A program made the position numbers and the translations under genes. A DNA stretch of 64,000 nucleotides, taken from the NCBI GenBank assembly GCA_964403585.1, contig CAYOFQ010000001.1, positions 332,456-396,455 on the forward strand, in the 5' to 3' direction. Shown here piece by piece: positions 38,757-48,967 of the stretch; the first letter of the stretch is position 1, and every line of letters begins with the position of its first letter. The notes under the pieces are model-generated. The model was not told the origin of the DNA and made no database searches. It saw only the letters and a list, made by a program, of their open reading frames with translations. Source of the DNA: an uncultured Gammaproteobacteria bacterium. GTDB taxonomy: Bacteria > Patescibacteriota > Microgenomatia > JALYQM01.

Positions 38757-39086
38757 ATGAAAGTGTGCTATGAAAGAGAAAATGTATTTTTTACGCTCAA
38801 AATTCCGGACTTTCTTTTTACCGTAATCCAACTGTTACTTGTCAGTCGGTTTGTTGCTCGTGTATTCAAACTTCTGGCCAATTCGACATTCATGCAATGG
38901 CTGTACGACAGTACCAATTTTCTCACGTTTCCTTTGGGAGTAGTGTTACGCCGTTATTTTGTCGAAGGAAGTCTCGTGTATGAAACATTTCTTATCGGTG
39001 CCGGGATCATCTATGTAGTGCTCTACTTAGTTATTTTGGATTTTCTGAAAATTCTGTTTAATGAGAAAGACGATGACGATCTTTAG
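38757..39086 (+). CDS. Small hypothetical membrane protein (possibly YggT-like); start uncertain
   Basis: ORF with two hydrophobic helices and an acidic C-terminus. Its 5' end lies too close to the divergent M32 gene start for the full track ORF (38712) to be correct. Confidence 0.25.
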   Translation: MKVCYERENVFFTLKIPDFLFTVIQLLLVSRFVARVFKLLANSTFMQWLYDSTNFLTFPLGVVLRRYFVEGSLVYETFLIGAGIIYVVLYLVILDFLKILFNEKDDDDL

Positions 39087-39652
39087 CGCTTGGATACAAA
39101 GGGACTATTCTTAATATAAAAACGCAACGGCTTCTCTGCGGCTTTAACAATCCCGATACGATTTGTAGTAACAATTGCCTCGGGGGGTATTACCGGAGCA
39201 TCTTCAATAACAAGGTTCCCGTCCGTGATATCCTTGCCATTCATTTCAGGCGTAATACCCATCGCCATCACCAGTTTCGCCGGGCCGCTGCACAGTGCCA
39301 GCGTGTTATCAGTTTTCCGCCGCTGACACATGAGATCAACGCCTTTCGTCGGTTCGAGTGCCCGAATAAGCACCGCCTCACCGGGTAGAGTTACGACATT
39401 AAAGCAATAATATTTTCCGTAAATAAAGTAAATATACGCATGTCCCGCTTCTCCGAACATCACCTTATTTCGTGAAGTTATTCCCTTAAAGGCCTGGTTC
39501 GCCGGATCTTCAGCTATATAAGCCTCGGTTTCGACAATTCGCCCTGAAACGACTCCCTGAGGTGACGAGTAAACAAGAATCTTCCCAAGCAGCGCTTGAG
39601 CTACAATCACGGTGTCTCTTGTATAAAAATCCCTTAATAAAGGCATAAACAT
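39083..39652 (-). CDS. mpg: DNA-3-methyladenine glycosylase (Mpg/AAG family)
   Basis: LLGKILV…GRIVETEAYIAEDPANQAFKGITSRNKVMFGEAGHAYIYFIYG matches the conserved AAG-family core. Confidence 0.85.
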   Translation of the reverse strand: MFMPLLRDFYTRDTVIVAQALLGKILVYSSPQGVVSGRIVETEAYIAEDPANQAFKGITSRNKVMFGEAGHAYIYFIYGKYYCFNVVTLPGEAVLIRALEPTKGVDLMCQRRKTDNTLALCSGPAKLVMAMGITPEMNGKDITDGNLVIEDAPVIPPEAIVTTNRIGIVKAAEKPLRFYIKNSPFVSKR

Positions 39653-39729
39653 GCTAATATAAAAACATAGTCCTCTTTAAAAATCCCGGCTTATATGATA
39701 TACTAAACCAAGGTTAAGAATGCCTGGCT

Positions 39730-40653
39730 ATGGAATCAGACTGTACTGTATCCGAGAACCTCGTGTTTTCGGATTTTGATGAAACAATAATCGATATACA
39801 ATCATATAAAATATCCTCCAAGTTATCAAATTACTTAAAAACTCATGCACAAATCGTATCGTTGGTAATTGTAACAAGCAGGGGATGGGATGGACTCAAA
39901 CCATATACCCAAAAATTACATTTAAATTTACCGCAAATTGTCGAAAACGGGGCAAAAATTATCGACCCGAAAACCGAAAAAATTCTATTTGAAAATAATC
40001 TTCAGAACCTACAAGTACAACAAATTAAGAAATTGGCGGAAAAGTATAAATCCCGATTGGATTTTTCAGCCGGACTGAAATCATACTATACTCTCCAACA
40101 GTTGGATCTGGTGGAAGGTATTGGTAGAATTTCATTAAATATTAAAAAACCACTCTTTAAAGCGCTGCTGGCCGATCTCAAGAAAATAAAAGGAATATCC
40201 GTATTCCATGGCTATATTCTTGACGATCAGGAAGAAGTTCTTATCGACGTGACCAAAAAAAACGTCACAAAGCTGGAAGGAATTAAAAAGTGGCTCGAAA
40301 TATATAAAAATATCGAGTCCAACATTTACGTAGCCGGTAACGGGTATCCCGATTTACCTGCTTTTAAAATTAAGAAATACTATCCCAACGTTGTGACCGT
40401 TGCTGTTAAAAACGCCGTCAATGAACTAAAATGCAAGGCCGATATAATAATTCGTCCGCCGGAGGAAAAGGGATTTTATCAGTTCCTTTCAAGTAATTTT
40501 ACATTAAGAAATGAAAGCGTCAACGGAACAGAACGTCTAAATAACTATATGTATTCAAATATAGAAAAATTCAGAGCTAATGTTACCCAAATGGTAAGTA
40601 CACTCTTACAAACCCCGCAATATTTATACTCATTTTTAAAGAAGTCAAATTAA
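39730..40653 (+). CDS. HAD-superfamily hydrolase, subfamily IIB (Cof / sugar-phosphate phosphatase type)
   Basis: Motif I FSDFDETII (DxDxT). A cap domain. Motif IV-like VAGNGYPDLPAF near the C-terminal third. Sits beside the glycosyltransferase cluster. Confidence 0.55.
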   Translation: MESDCTVSENLVFSDFDETIIDIQSYKISSKLSNYLKTHAQIVSLVIVTSRGWDGLKPYTQKLHLNLPQIVENGAKIIDPKTEKILFENNLQNLQVQQIKKLAEKYKSRLDFSAGLKSYYTLQQLDLVEGIGRISLNIKKPLFKALLADLKKIKGISVFHGYILDDQEEVLIDVTKKNVTKLEGIKKWLEIYKNIESNIYVAGNGYPDLPAFKIKKYYPNVVTVAVKNAVNELKCKADIIIRPPEEKGFYQFLSSNFTLRNESVNGTERLNNYMYSNIEKFRANVTQMVSTLLQTPQYLYSFLKKSN

Positions 40654-41786
40654 GATCGTGAATCGATAATCTTCTGATAAAAGTCCAGGTAGCGCGACCC
40701 CATCACCTCAGTCGTGAAATTCTCTTCCACAAACTTTCTGCTTGCAGTACGCATAGTGGTATAGTCGGTTACTGATAGGGAATACATCCGTTCCACCGCT
40801 TCTTGCAACCCCTCAACACCTGTTTTTTTAATAATCCAGTCTCCGCGGATATCATCGGGAGAAGGGTTAACCAGGAAACCTGTAATGCCGTCCTGCACTA
40901 TTTCGGGAACTGCTCCACGGGCATAGGCAATAACCGGGGTTCCGCAGGCCATTGCTTCAACAAGCACAATTCCAAAAGGCTCTTCCCATTGTAACGGGAA
41001 TAAAAAGGCTTTGGCCTGGGAGAGGAGCTGCGACTTTTCCTCAGGTGTCTTTGATTCACCTCGATAGTTAACCCCTGATTCCTGTAAAAAAGGTGCAATC
41101 TTTGTATCAAAATACTCTGATTCTGAATCAATTTTATGGCCGCGAAACTCTATCGGCCGGCCGGTAGCTTGTGCTACTTCGAGAGCAACCTCCAGTCCTT
41201 TAGTCCTGCTAATTCTGCCAAGCCAGGTAAGATACTCACCTCCGTTAGGCGAAAATTCAAATTCACCGAGAATTATGGAATTATAGATAGTTTCCGTAAA
41301 TGTAAGCTCTGGAAGCGATCGTCGCTGGGCCTGTGAAATTGTTACATACGGATAGTCTTTAAACATCAATAATTGTTTGCGCTTTTCCTCATAAAATTTT
41401 ATTGGATCATTTTCGCGTTTCTCATATGAGTCATGAAGAGTAGTTACAAAAGGGCTGTTCACATACTCGGCAAAGTATAAAGAGTAGCCAAAATTATCAT
41501 TAAAATGAACAATATCAAATCGTTCCTTATTGACCAGTTTAATAAACTCATAAACCATATTCAGCAGGTAATATGAATTATTGGCTGCATTACGTGATGA
41601 ACCGATCGATTGCTTATAATAATACGCCAGTTTAGCCTGGATTTGTGAATCACCGGTGGCATAAACAGTCACATCGTGGTTTTGACGAACCAGTTCTGCT
41701 TGCAGGTTATAAAGAACTCGTTCTGTACCACCTGCCGCACTCGGCGGCAGCGGAATCCAGGGGTTAGATAAAATAGCTATTTTCAT
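40650..41786 (-). CDS. Glycosyltransferase family 4 (GT-B, retaining)
   Basis: N-terminal MKIAILSNPWIPLPPSAAGGTERVLYNLQAEL and C-terminal EPFGIVLVEAMACGTPVIAYARGAVPEIV (the E-x7-E region). Confidence 0.75.
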   Translation of the reverse strand: MKIAILSNPWIPLPPSAAGGTERVLYNLQAELVRQNHDVTVYATGDSQIQAKLAYYYKQSIGSSRNAANNSYYLLNMVYEFIKLVNKERFDIVHFNDNFGYSLYFAEYVNSPFVTTLHDSYEKRENDPIKFYEEKRKQLLMFKDYPYVTISQAQRRSLPELTFTETIYNSIILGEFEFSPNGGEYLTWLGRISRTKGLEVALEVAQATGRPIEFRGHKIDSESEYFDTKIAPFLQESGVNYRGESKTPEEKSQLLSQAKAFLFPLQWEEPFGIVLVEAMACGTPVIAYARGAVPEIVQDGITGFLVNPSPDDIRGDWIIKKTGVEGLQEAVERMYSLSVTDYTTMRTASRKFVEENFTTEVMGSRYLDFYQKIIDSRS

Positions 41787-41880
41787 AAAAGAGTCTTCCT
41801 TTCGTCAAAAGTGGCGTACCAAAAGCTTATACTAACTATATCACAAAAAGTGCTAGTAAAAAATATGTTAAAATTAATTA

Positions 41881-43491
41881 ATGCAAACTAATCTTAAACG
41901 ATTGTGGGAAAATATGATCGTGTACCAGATCTATCCCCGCAGCTTTCAGGACAGTAACGGCGACGGAATAGGTGATCTTCAGGGGATTATTGACCGACTG
42001 GACTATTTAAACAGTGAATCCCGGGAATCTCTCGGGGTTGATGCGATCTGGCTGGCCCCAATCTATGCGTCACCGATGGTTGATTTTGGCTACGATGTCT
42101 CAGATTATTATACAGTCCACCCCGATTTTGGTACCCTTGAGACACTAAAGACCCTCATTAGCGAATCTCACAAACGGGAAATTGCACTTATTCTGGACTT
42201 TATTCCTAATCATACATCGTCTGAACATCAATGGTTTAAAGAGTCACGAGCTTCCCGGAATAATCCATACCGGGACTGGTATATCTGGAGAGACGCTGGA
42301 CCGGAAGGAGGCCCTCCCAACAACTGGGTAAGCCGGTTCGGAGGATCGGCGTGGCAACTTGACTCGCAAACAGGGCAATATTATTTGCACAGCTTCCTTA
42401 AGGAGCAACCGGATCTTAATTGGAGAAATCCTGAAGTAGTTGCCGAGATACAGAAAATTTTTCAATACTGGATGAACTTAGGCATCGACGGTTTCCGGGT
42501 CGACTCGGTCAACTTTCTGCTCAAAGACGCACAGTTTCGGGACGACCCGGTAAATCCAGAATATCGAATCGGGGATGATCCGTATTTCATGTACCAACAT
42601 CAATACAGCTCTGACCAGCCGGATCTATACAGGTTGCTAAATGAATTGTATAAAACAGTTTTCGACCGGAATGGTAAATTTATCGTAAGTGAGGCCTATA
42701 CTACACCGCAAAATATCCGCCGTTTATTTGAAGAAATCGAAACCAGGTATCACGCACCATTCAACTTCGATTTGATCCGGTTACCTTTTGATACGCAACA
42801 GTTCAAAACTGCCATAAACACCTTCCAAAGTACACTCAGGAATGAGGATATTCCGGTCTATGTCTTAGGGAATCATGATAACTCGCGTGCCGCTACCCGT
42901 TTTGGGGGAGAAGCTCAAGCTCGGATAGCAGCCATGTTATTGCTGACATTACCCGGCATACCGTTTATTTATTATGGTGAAGAGATCGGAATGGAAGATA
43001 GTTTTATTGCCCCTGAGCTAAGACAAGACCCTGCGGGAAAGGAACAGAATATCGATACATTGAATCGTGATGGGGTGCGCACTCCCATGCAGTGGGACAG
43101 TACCTTTAACGCAGGCTTTTCGAGCGGCGCACCATGGATACCGATATCTTCACAAGCTGCAGACAGAAACGTGTTGAAACAAATGGAAAACCCGACCTCG
43201 ATATTTCGACTGTATCAGCAACTGATACACCTCAGGCATACTCATTTGGAATTAACCGAAGGAACCTACAGTTCGGATAACCGTAACGATGTCTTTGCGT
43301 ACACCCGACAAAAAAATCTCCAAACTATACTGGTAGTACTCAATTTTGAGAATGAAGACAAAAGCATCGGTCTCGGGACAGGTATTGGCTCGGTATTACT
43401 ATCGACCTACTTGGACCAGTCAACCGAAAAGATCAATATGAATAGTCTAAAGCTCCGACCATACGAAGGAATGATTATTGAGCTGACTTAA
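41881..43491 (+). CDS. GH13 alpha-glucosidase / oligo-1,6-glucosidase-like alpha-amylase-family enzyme
   Basis: N-terminal MIVYQIYPRSFQDSNGDGIGDLQGI, catalytic GIDGFRVDSVNFL (region II nucleophile Asp), and YVLGNHDNSR (region IV). Confidence 0.85.
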   Translation: MQTNLKRLWENMIVYQIYPRSFQDSNGDGIGDLQGIIDRLDYLNSESRESLGVDAIWLAPIYASPMVDFGYDVSDYYTVHPDFGTLETLKTLISESHKREIALILDFIPNHTSSEHQWFKESRASRNNPYRDWYIWRDAGPEGGPPNNWVSRFGGSAWQLDSQTGQYYLHSFLKEQPDLNWRNPEVVAEIQKIFQYWMNLGIDGFRVDSVNFLLKDAQFRDDPVNPEYRIGDDPYFMYQHQYSSDQPDLYRLLNELYKTVFDRNGKFIVSEAYTTPQNIRRLFEEIETRYHAPFNFDLIRLPFDTQQFKTAINTFQSTLRNEDIPVYVLGNHDNSRAATRFGGEAQARIAAMLLLTLPGIPFIYYGEEIGMEDSFIAPELRQDPAGKEQNIDTLNRDGVRTPMQWDSTFNAGFSSGAPWIPISSQAADRNVLKQMENPTSIFRLYQQLIHLRHTHLELTEGTYSSDNRNDVFAYTRQKNLQTILVVLNFENEDKSIGLGTGIGSVLLSTYLDQSTEKINMNSLKLRPYEGMIIELT

Positions 43492-43529
43492 AGCGTCGGT
43501 TAAATTTTTCTAACTTCCACAGACATTGG

Positions 43530-44648
43530 TTAATTTCCTTTTAAGATATTAGTGTAAACCCGTATATATCCTTCGACCATCTTTTCTTCACTAAAATTTT
43601 CTTCGACGTGTTTTCTGCTGTTCTTTCTCATCTTGGCATAATGATCGGGAGCAAGCGCATAGATTCGTTCCACTGCTTCTTTAATACCCGCCAATCCGGT
43701 TTTTTTAACGATAAAATCGCCTCGGATATCATCATCTGAGGGATTTACTATATATCCGGTTACACCATCTTTCACAACCTCAGGGACAGCACCACGGGCA
43801 AACGCAACGACAGGTGTACCGGTCGCCATAGCTTCGATCATCACTAACCCAAAGGGTTCATCCCACTGAATTGGCAGCAAAAATAACTTTGCACGAGCGT
43901 ACATATCGAACCATTCATTACTCTGACGGCCAAGCATACCTTTATACTCAATATGCTGAGATAGATGAGGTTTAATTTCCGCGTCTATAAAATCATCGGT
44001 ACCTTTCCCGGCGATAATAAACCGGCGCTGCACCTCTTTGGCCACTTGAACTGCTTCTACAACACCCTTTGATTTAACCAATCGACCGATATGGTACATA
44101 TAATCATCGCTTGTTTCGTTAAACGGAAATTCAGAAACATCGATTCCGTTATAGACCGTGCTGACATAATTAAGGTCAGGGATTATCGTCCTCTGGTAAT
44201 CCGAAATAGTAATAATCGGTATGTGTTTATATTCTCTAAGTAAAGGTGCTTCCTGAGGAATAAATACATTATGATTGGTAACCACAACTGGAGTTGAGGT
44301 TAACTGAGCAAAAGGCATACCCAAGTATACGGGTTCGGTTTGCAGATGAATAATATCGTAAAGATGACTATCCTTAAAAACCTCGGATAGATAACGCTGC
44401 TTCATTCCGAGAGCTAAGTTCTTAACCCAATCTTCCTTCTGCAGCGCATAATCCAAACGGGGAGGTTCCATACCTAAGTCTATAATTTTTGCTTTAGAGA
44501 CTGATCCTCTGGGAGCATATAGTGTAACATCATGTCCCAACTCGACTAACCGGTCAGCCAGTATTGCCGTAAGCGTTGCACTAGCCGCAACAATATCTTT
44601 TTCCGGTGGTACCGTAGTGCGGTTGGAAGTGAACAAAGCAATTTTCAT
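43530..44648 (-). CDS. Glycosyltransferase family 4
   Basis: EPFGLVMIEAMATGTPVVAFARGAVPEVV and GT-B architecture. Paralogous to 40650-41786 (similar N- and C-terminal sequence). Confidence 0.75.
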   Translation of the reverse strand: MKIALFTSNRTTVPPEKDIVAASATLTAILADRLVELGHDVTLYAPRGSVSKAKIIDLGMEPPRLDYALQKEDWVKNLALGMKQRYLSEVFKDSHLYDIIHLQTEPVYLGMPFAQLTSTPVVVTNHNVFIPQEAPLLREYKHIPIITISDYQRTIIPDLNYVSTVYNGIDVSEFPFNETSDDYMYHIGRLVKSKGVVEAVQVAKEVQRRFIIAGKGTDDFIDAEIKPHLSQHIEYKGMLGRQSNEWFDMYARAKLFLLPIQWDEPFGLVMIEAMATGTPVVAFARGAVPEVVKDGVTGYIVNPSDDDIRGDFIVKKTGLAGIKEAVERIYALAPDHYAKMRKNSRKHVEENFSEEKMVEGYIRVYTNILKGN

Positions 44649-45703
44649 TACTCTCCTCCGGCAGTATATAAATCATAAGCAAGTGAAAGATACTCATCAA
44701 CCATGCGTTTTGCAGAAAATTTATTCTCGACTCTCTCCCGACAGGCTGCTCGATCGATCGTAGTCACCGTATCCATACATTTTTTCATTTCATCCAAGTC
44801 TGAAATAAAATATCCCGTGACTTTGTCTTCGGCAATCTCAGGTACACAGCCGCGAGGGTTTACAATAACCGGAACCCCGCACGCCATAGACTCGATCATT
44901 GAAATAGAGAATGGCTCCTCCCAATTAATAAAACGCAGAAACGCAATTGCATGGCGGTAAAGCTCAACTTTCTCAGTATGTGCCACCTCGCCAATATACT
45001 CAATTTGGTTTCCGTCAATATATGGCTCTACTTGAGATTCAAAATAAGGCTGGTCAACCGGATCGATGCGGGCTGCAATTTTTAGGCGGTGCTGTGTTTG
45101 TTTAACCATTTGTACAATCTCTGCAATGCCTTCATCAGGAGATATCCGCCCATGGAAAACAAAATAATCTCGCTGTGCGTCCGGATCAAAAGTATAGGCA
45201 TTCACGTCAATTCCGTTGTAGATAGTTTTGAGCCAGTTAAGCTCCGGCATTGCTTTACGCTGTGAGTCACTGACTGAGACATAATTCGCTTGCGGGTAAT
45301 TTTGATAGGTGGTTCGCTCATAAAAAGCACTCATTGGTCCGTGGACCGTCGTAATCATCGGACAACGAATGAATTTGCTAAACAGAATAAGCTGCCAGGT
45401 CAGGTGATTATGGACAATATCCGGTTTAAGCTCATTAATCACCTCAATGGTGTCTGCTACCGCCCGCAGATGATAATAGCTATGCCATTTGCGTAAATCT
45501 TTAGCATCGTACGATTTGCGTAAAGATTGCGGCACCAGGGGCTTGAGGTTAGCTCGTGTTCGTGAGTCTCCGGCTGCCAGAAGATAGACTTCATGTCCCT
45601 TATCAACCATACCTTCGGTAATGTTCGAAACTACCAGTTCAATTCCACCGTACTTCTCCGGAGGAACTGCCTCGCCGATTGCTGCTACTTGTACGATTCT
45701 CAT
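44648..45703 (-). CDS. Glycosyltransferase family 4
   Basis: EPFSISMIESMACGVPVIVNPRGCVPEIA. N-terminal MRIVQVAAIGEAVPPEKYGGIELVV. Its stop overlaps the downstream gene's start by 1 nt. Confidence 0.7.
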   Translation of the reverse strand: MRIVQVAAIGEAVPPEKYGGIELVVSNITEGMVDKGHEVYLLAAGDSRTRANLKPLVPQSLRKSYDAKDLRKWHSYYHLRAVADTIEVINELKPDIVHNHLTWQLILFSKFIRCPMITTVHGPMSAFYERTTYQNYPQANYVSVSDSQRKAMPELNWLKTIYNGIDVNAYTFDPDAQRDYFVFHGRISPDEGIAEIVQMVKQTQHRLKIAARIDPVDQPYFESQVEPYIDGNQIEYIGEVAHTEKVELYRHAIAFLRFINWEEPFSISMIESMACGVPVIVNPRGCVPEIAEDKVTGYFISDLDEMKKCMDTVTTIDRAACRERVENKFSAKRMVDEYLSLAYDLYTAGGE

Positions 45704-45720
45704 TTCCCTCCTCTTAAGTA

Positions 45721-47013
45721 TTAAACTATACCAATATGCCGCAGGAAGTCGCGTTTGGAAAGTCCCGACGACTGTTTCTCCAAATGCCGATAGGCTTCAA
45801 TAAATTCCTTCGCTCGCGCCTCCCAGGTATACTTTCGATCTACCAGACGGCGGGCCTTGGTAACAATTTTCTTTGTATTATCCGGATCTTTTATGATACT
45901 GCGGAGATCAAAAGCGGTACGGCGATAGTCATGTGGATCAACTAATATACCGGTAATATTATTGGTGAGAATATTGCGTGGTCCACCGTTAATGGTCGAA
46001 ATAACGGGAACTTTAGCATACATACCTTCGAGAATGGTGATACCGAACGGCTCGTTTTCCGACAAACAAAGGTAGGCATCTGCCAATGCATATAAGGTAT
46101 ACACTTTCTCATGCGGAACCGCATCACGGAAATATATAGAATCAATTACACCTAACTCCGTTGCCAAATCTTTCAATTCCTGTAAATAAATACTTTCTTC
46201 AACAGTTAATGAGTCCAAACTTCCGGAGAAAATTGCTAGATTGAGGTTATTATTAAATCGTTTTCTATATTCTGCAAACACCCTAATACAGTTATGGTAA
46301 CCTTTACGTTTATCCATTCTTCCCAAGGTCATAATGAGCGGTTTATCCGTTGGGAGGTCATACAATGCCCTGGCTTCTTTCTTATCAATAGGTTTGAAAT
46401 CGCTGGTGTCTATCCCAATGGGAATAATCTTGATTTTGTCTGGCTCGACTTGATAATCCTGGATCAGATTATCCGCTTCGTCCTGAGTGGAAAGTATAAT
46501 CAGATCCGAAAGTAATGTCGTATAGTTCTCCCAGGAAATGCGGGGAATAAATTTATAGATCATTTCACTATCAATACCAAGAAATCTTCTGCGCTTTGCA
46601 ACTCCTAATGAGTGAGGAGTCCAAACTAACGGGAACTCATGAGAGAGATACTTATATAAGTATAAGGAAGCTGCACCACCGTCCCAATAGTGACCGCACA
46701 CAACATGCGGCGGATTACGTTTTAAGTCCTCAGCCACTTTTTCGGCAAACTCGTCCAGTACCGGAGCTAATTCCTCCTTCGGTATAAAATCCTCACCACC
46801 ACAAACAATTCGCTTTATCGCGAACCGTTCATTAACATGAGATATATACGGATAGTCGAACTTCTTACGGCAATAAATAGTAACATGAACGCCTTCGATC
46901 AGGCTCAAATATTTGCCTAATTGAAGTTCATAAACACACTGCCCGCCGGAATCGACCTCACCAAGTCGTGCTTCCGGATCCGAATGAGGAGACAAAAAGA
47001 CAATATGAAACAT
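45721..47013 (-). CDS. Glycosyltransferase family 4, sucrose-phosphate-synthase / sugar-phosphate-synthase-like
   Basis: N-terminal HIVFLSPHSDPEARLGEVDSGGQCVYELQLGKYL resembles the DTGGQ motif of SPS-like GT4 enzymes. C-terminal EPFGITILEGMYAKVPVISTINGGPRNI. Confidence 0.65.
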   Translation of the reverse strand: MFHIVFLSPHSDPEARLGEVDSGGQCVYELQLGKYLSLIEGVHVTIYCRKKFDYPYISHVNERFAIKRIVCGGEDFIPKEELAPVLDEFAEKVAEDLKRNPPHVVCGHYWDGGAASLYLYKYLSHEFPLVWTPHSLGVAKRRRFLGIDSEMIYKFIPRISWENYTTLLSDLIILSTQDEADNLIQDYQVEPDKIKIIPIGIDTSDFKPIDKKEARALYDLPTDKPLIMTLGRMDKRKGYHNCIRVFAEYRKRFNNNLNLAIFSGSLDSLTVEESIYLQELKDLATELGVIDSIYFRDAVPHEKVYTLYALADAYLCLSENEPFGITILEGMYAKVPVISTINGGPRNILTNNITGILVDPHDYRRTAFDLRSIIKDPDNTKKIVTKARRLVDRKYTWEARAKEFIEAYRHLEKQSSGLSKRDFLRHIGIV

Positions 47014-47059
47014 ACTATACTATTATACCATTTTATCACAAGTTCGGTATAATAGCGCA

Positions 47060-48826
47060 CTACCGTGGGAGGAACTCTAAAGGCTGGTCATACTTGAGAG
47101 AGACATAGATAAGGTCTCTAAGAATTCGCCGAAATCCAACCGCTGACCAAAGCTGGATGTAACTGACTTGGCCGTCCCGTAACTGTTGTGAATCATAGCG
47201 TTCCGGCTTCCCGGCAACATCAATGTATAATTCAGGAACACTGTCCAATTCAACAAAAGCCCATAAACTTCGAATTGCCGTCAGGCTGAGCGCGTTTCGA
47301 AGTAAACTCAGTTCCTCAGCATTCCAGTCTTCATAAAAACCACGATCAAGTTGTCTCCGTAACCCGGCCACTATCAGTGCTGTTTGTTTTGGCCAAATAA
47401 CCTCTCCATGATATTGAGCTGGAGAATAGCCTTGATTTTTACCGACAATATTTGGACCTGAGTCGGTATAAAAATAGTCGGGACTTGCAAGCCGCTTGGC
47501 AAAAGAAACACAGTCTTCCTTCGAAGGCCATCCGTAGAGCAATAAATATGCCTCATCTGTATGGTGTACCCGCAAGGGGGTAGGGTGAGTGCCATGGAGA
47601 CATAAGGCATACCCGTGTTGACCATGGTGGTCAGTGAAAGTATATAAATGCCGTACATTTTTCCACTTTTCCAGGAGGTCAAGCAAGTCACCATCCCCAA
47701 TATGTAACAGTTCTCTGAATTGCACGATTTTTTCCAGCGCGGCGGGATAAAATACTGCATTAACGTCGAAAGGGGCAATTTGGCCTGTTGCGCCATTGAA
47801 TGCACTCGGTGAATCTCTCCAATTACCGACCAGAGGATCCTTAAAGGCTATTAACTCTGAGCTTCGTGCCTGGAATACCACATATTTTGCTATAGACCGC
47901 AATTTTTCAACATTTTCCTGTTTCCGAATGAACTTTTGGGAAAATTTTCCGAGACCCAATAAGTATCGGGGTTCAATATCAATCATCCGGCGGTCAATTA
48001 TTTCCAGCCCTTCATCAGAAAAACGGACTGCTGCTTCTCCGATAACGTCTTCATGCCAACCCTCACCTTCAGGAGTCACATTCTTTAATGCCTGACCGTA
48101 CATTTCTTCAATCGTACTGGGTGACAAATCACCAATACCAAGCTCCGCCGATTCCATCCAGTCGCGGGGAAAAACAGTACCATATTCGTAGCTGCTGGTT
48201 TTACTATAACTAATCAGATGCTCAATTTCTTCCTCGGTTCGTTCGACCAGGTTTTGCAATTCGCCGGGGAGAATTGAAATCGCATTTTGAATGAGTCCAT
48301 TACTGACAAGGCGGTGAATCTTTAGTTTGTCTGAAGGAAAGTCAAAGAAACATGTCAAAGTTAAATTAATTGCACTAGGTGCAGATATACGATAAATTCC
48401 AGATTCTTGTACCACCGTCGCCAGTTTCGGGAAGTCCATTTCAAATCCATAACGGTATCCGCTAAATTTTCGAATGAAAACAAGCTTCAGATTCCCGCTG
48501 TGTTTAATAACTGTTTCAGTCGGCATAAATTGGCCGGGGTAACTCTTCTGCATTTCCGCGAAAGTCGGCCGGGCAACATTGGGAACTTCGGTAACCGTCC
48601 TCACGCTGCGAATATCACCCATTACCGGCTGATGCACACCTATTTCATGCTCCTGGAAAGAAACCTGAACCCGCAGTTTATTTTTTGACTGCTTCATTTT
48701 GGAGAGACCAAAAGGCCGGGGCAGCGTTAATCCACAAAATAAATGATTCCCTGGTCCTGCTATTCGCAGCTGTCCGTATTCGTCAAGATCAATGTAGTAG
48801 CCACCTGCAAACCAGAATTTACTCAT
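47060..48826 (-). CDS. Large hypothetical protein (588 aa), possibly an (alpha/alpha)6-barrel glycoside hydrolase (GDE_C/GH63-like)
   Basis: GTVFPRDWMES and YHGEVIWPKQTALIVAGL are reminiscent of amylo-alpha-1,6-glucosidase-type catalytic regions. It heads the GT4 gene run on the same strand. Weak call. Confidence 0.35.
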   Translation of the reverse strand: MSKFWFAGGYYIDLDEYGQLRIAGPGNHLFCGLTLPRPFGLSKMKQSKNKLRVQVSFQEHEIGVHQPVMGDIRSVRTVTEVPNVARPTFAEMQKSYPGQFMPTETVIKHSGNLKLVFIRKFSGYRYGFEMDFPKLATVVQESGIYRISAPSAINLTLTCFFDFPSDKLKIHRLVSNGLIQNAISILPGELQNLVERTEEEIEHLISYSKTSSYEYGTVFPRDWMESAELGIGDLSPSTIEEMYGQALKNVTPEGEGWHEDVIGEAAVRFSDEGLEIIDRRMIDIEPRYLLGLGKFSQKFIRKQENVEKLRSIAKYVVFQARSSELIAFKDPLVGNWRDSPSAFNGATGQIAPFDVNAVFYPAALEKIVQFRELLHIGDGDLLDLLEKWKNVRHLYTFTDHHGQHGYALCLHGTHPTPLRVHHTDEAYLLLYGWPSKEDCVSFAKRLASPDYFYTDSGPNIVGKNQGYSPAQYHGEVIWPKQTALIVAGLRRQLDRGFYEDWNAEELSLLRNALSLTAIRSLWAFVELDSVPELYIDVAGKPERYDSQQLRDGQVSYIQLWSAVGFRRILRDLIYVSLKYDQPLEFLPR

Positions 48827-48967
48827 AGTTATCTTAAACTAGCTTATTAGCTCAAATTTGTAAACCGTGAATTCAATCGCACTATTGTTATTATACGAAC
48901 TTAATGTAAGAATTCGGTGAAAAAGCACCTGTTAGCAACCGGAACGCTGCTTTGCTATAATAGGCCA

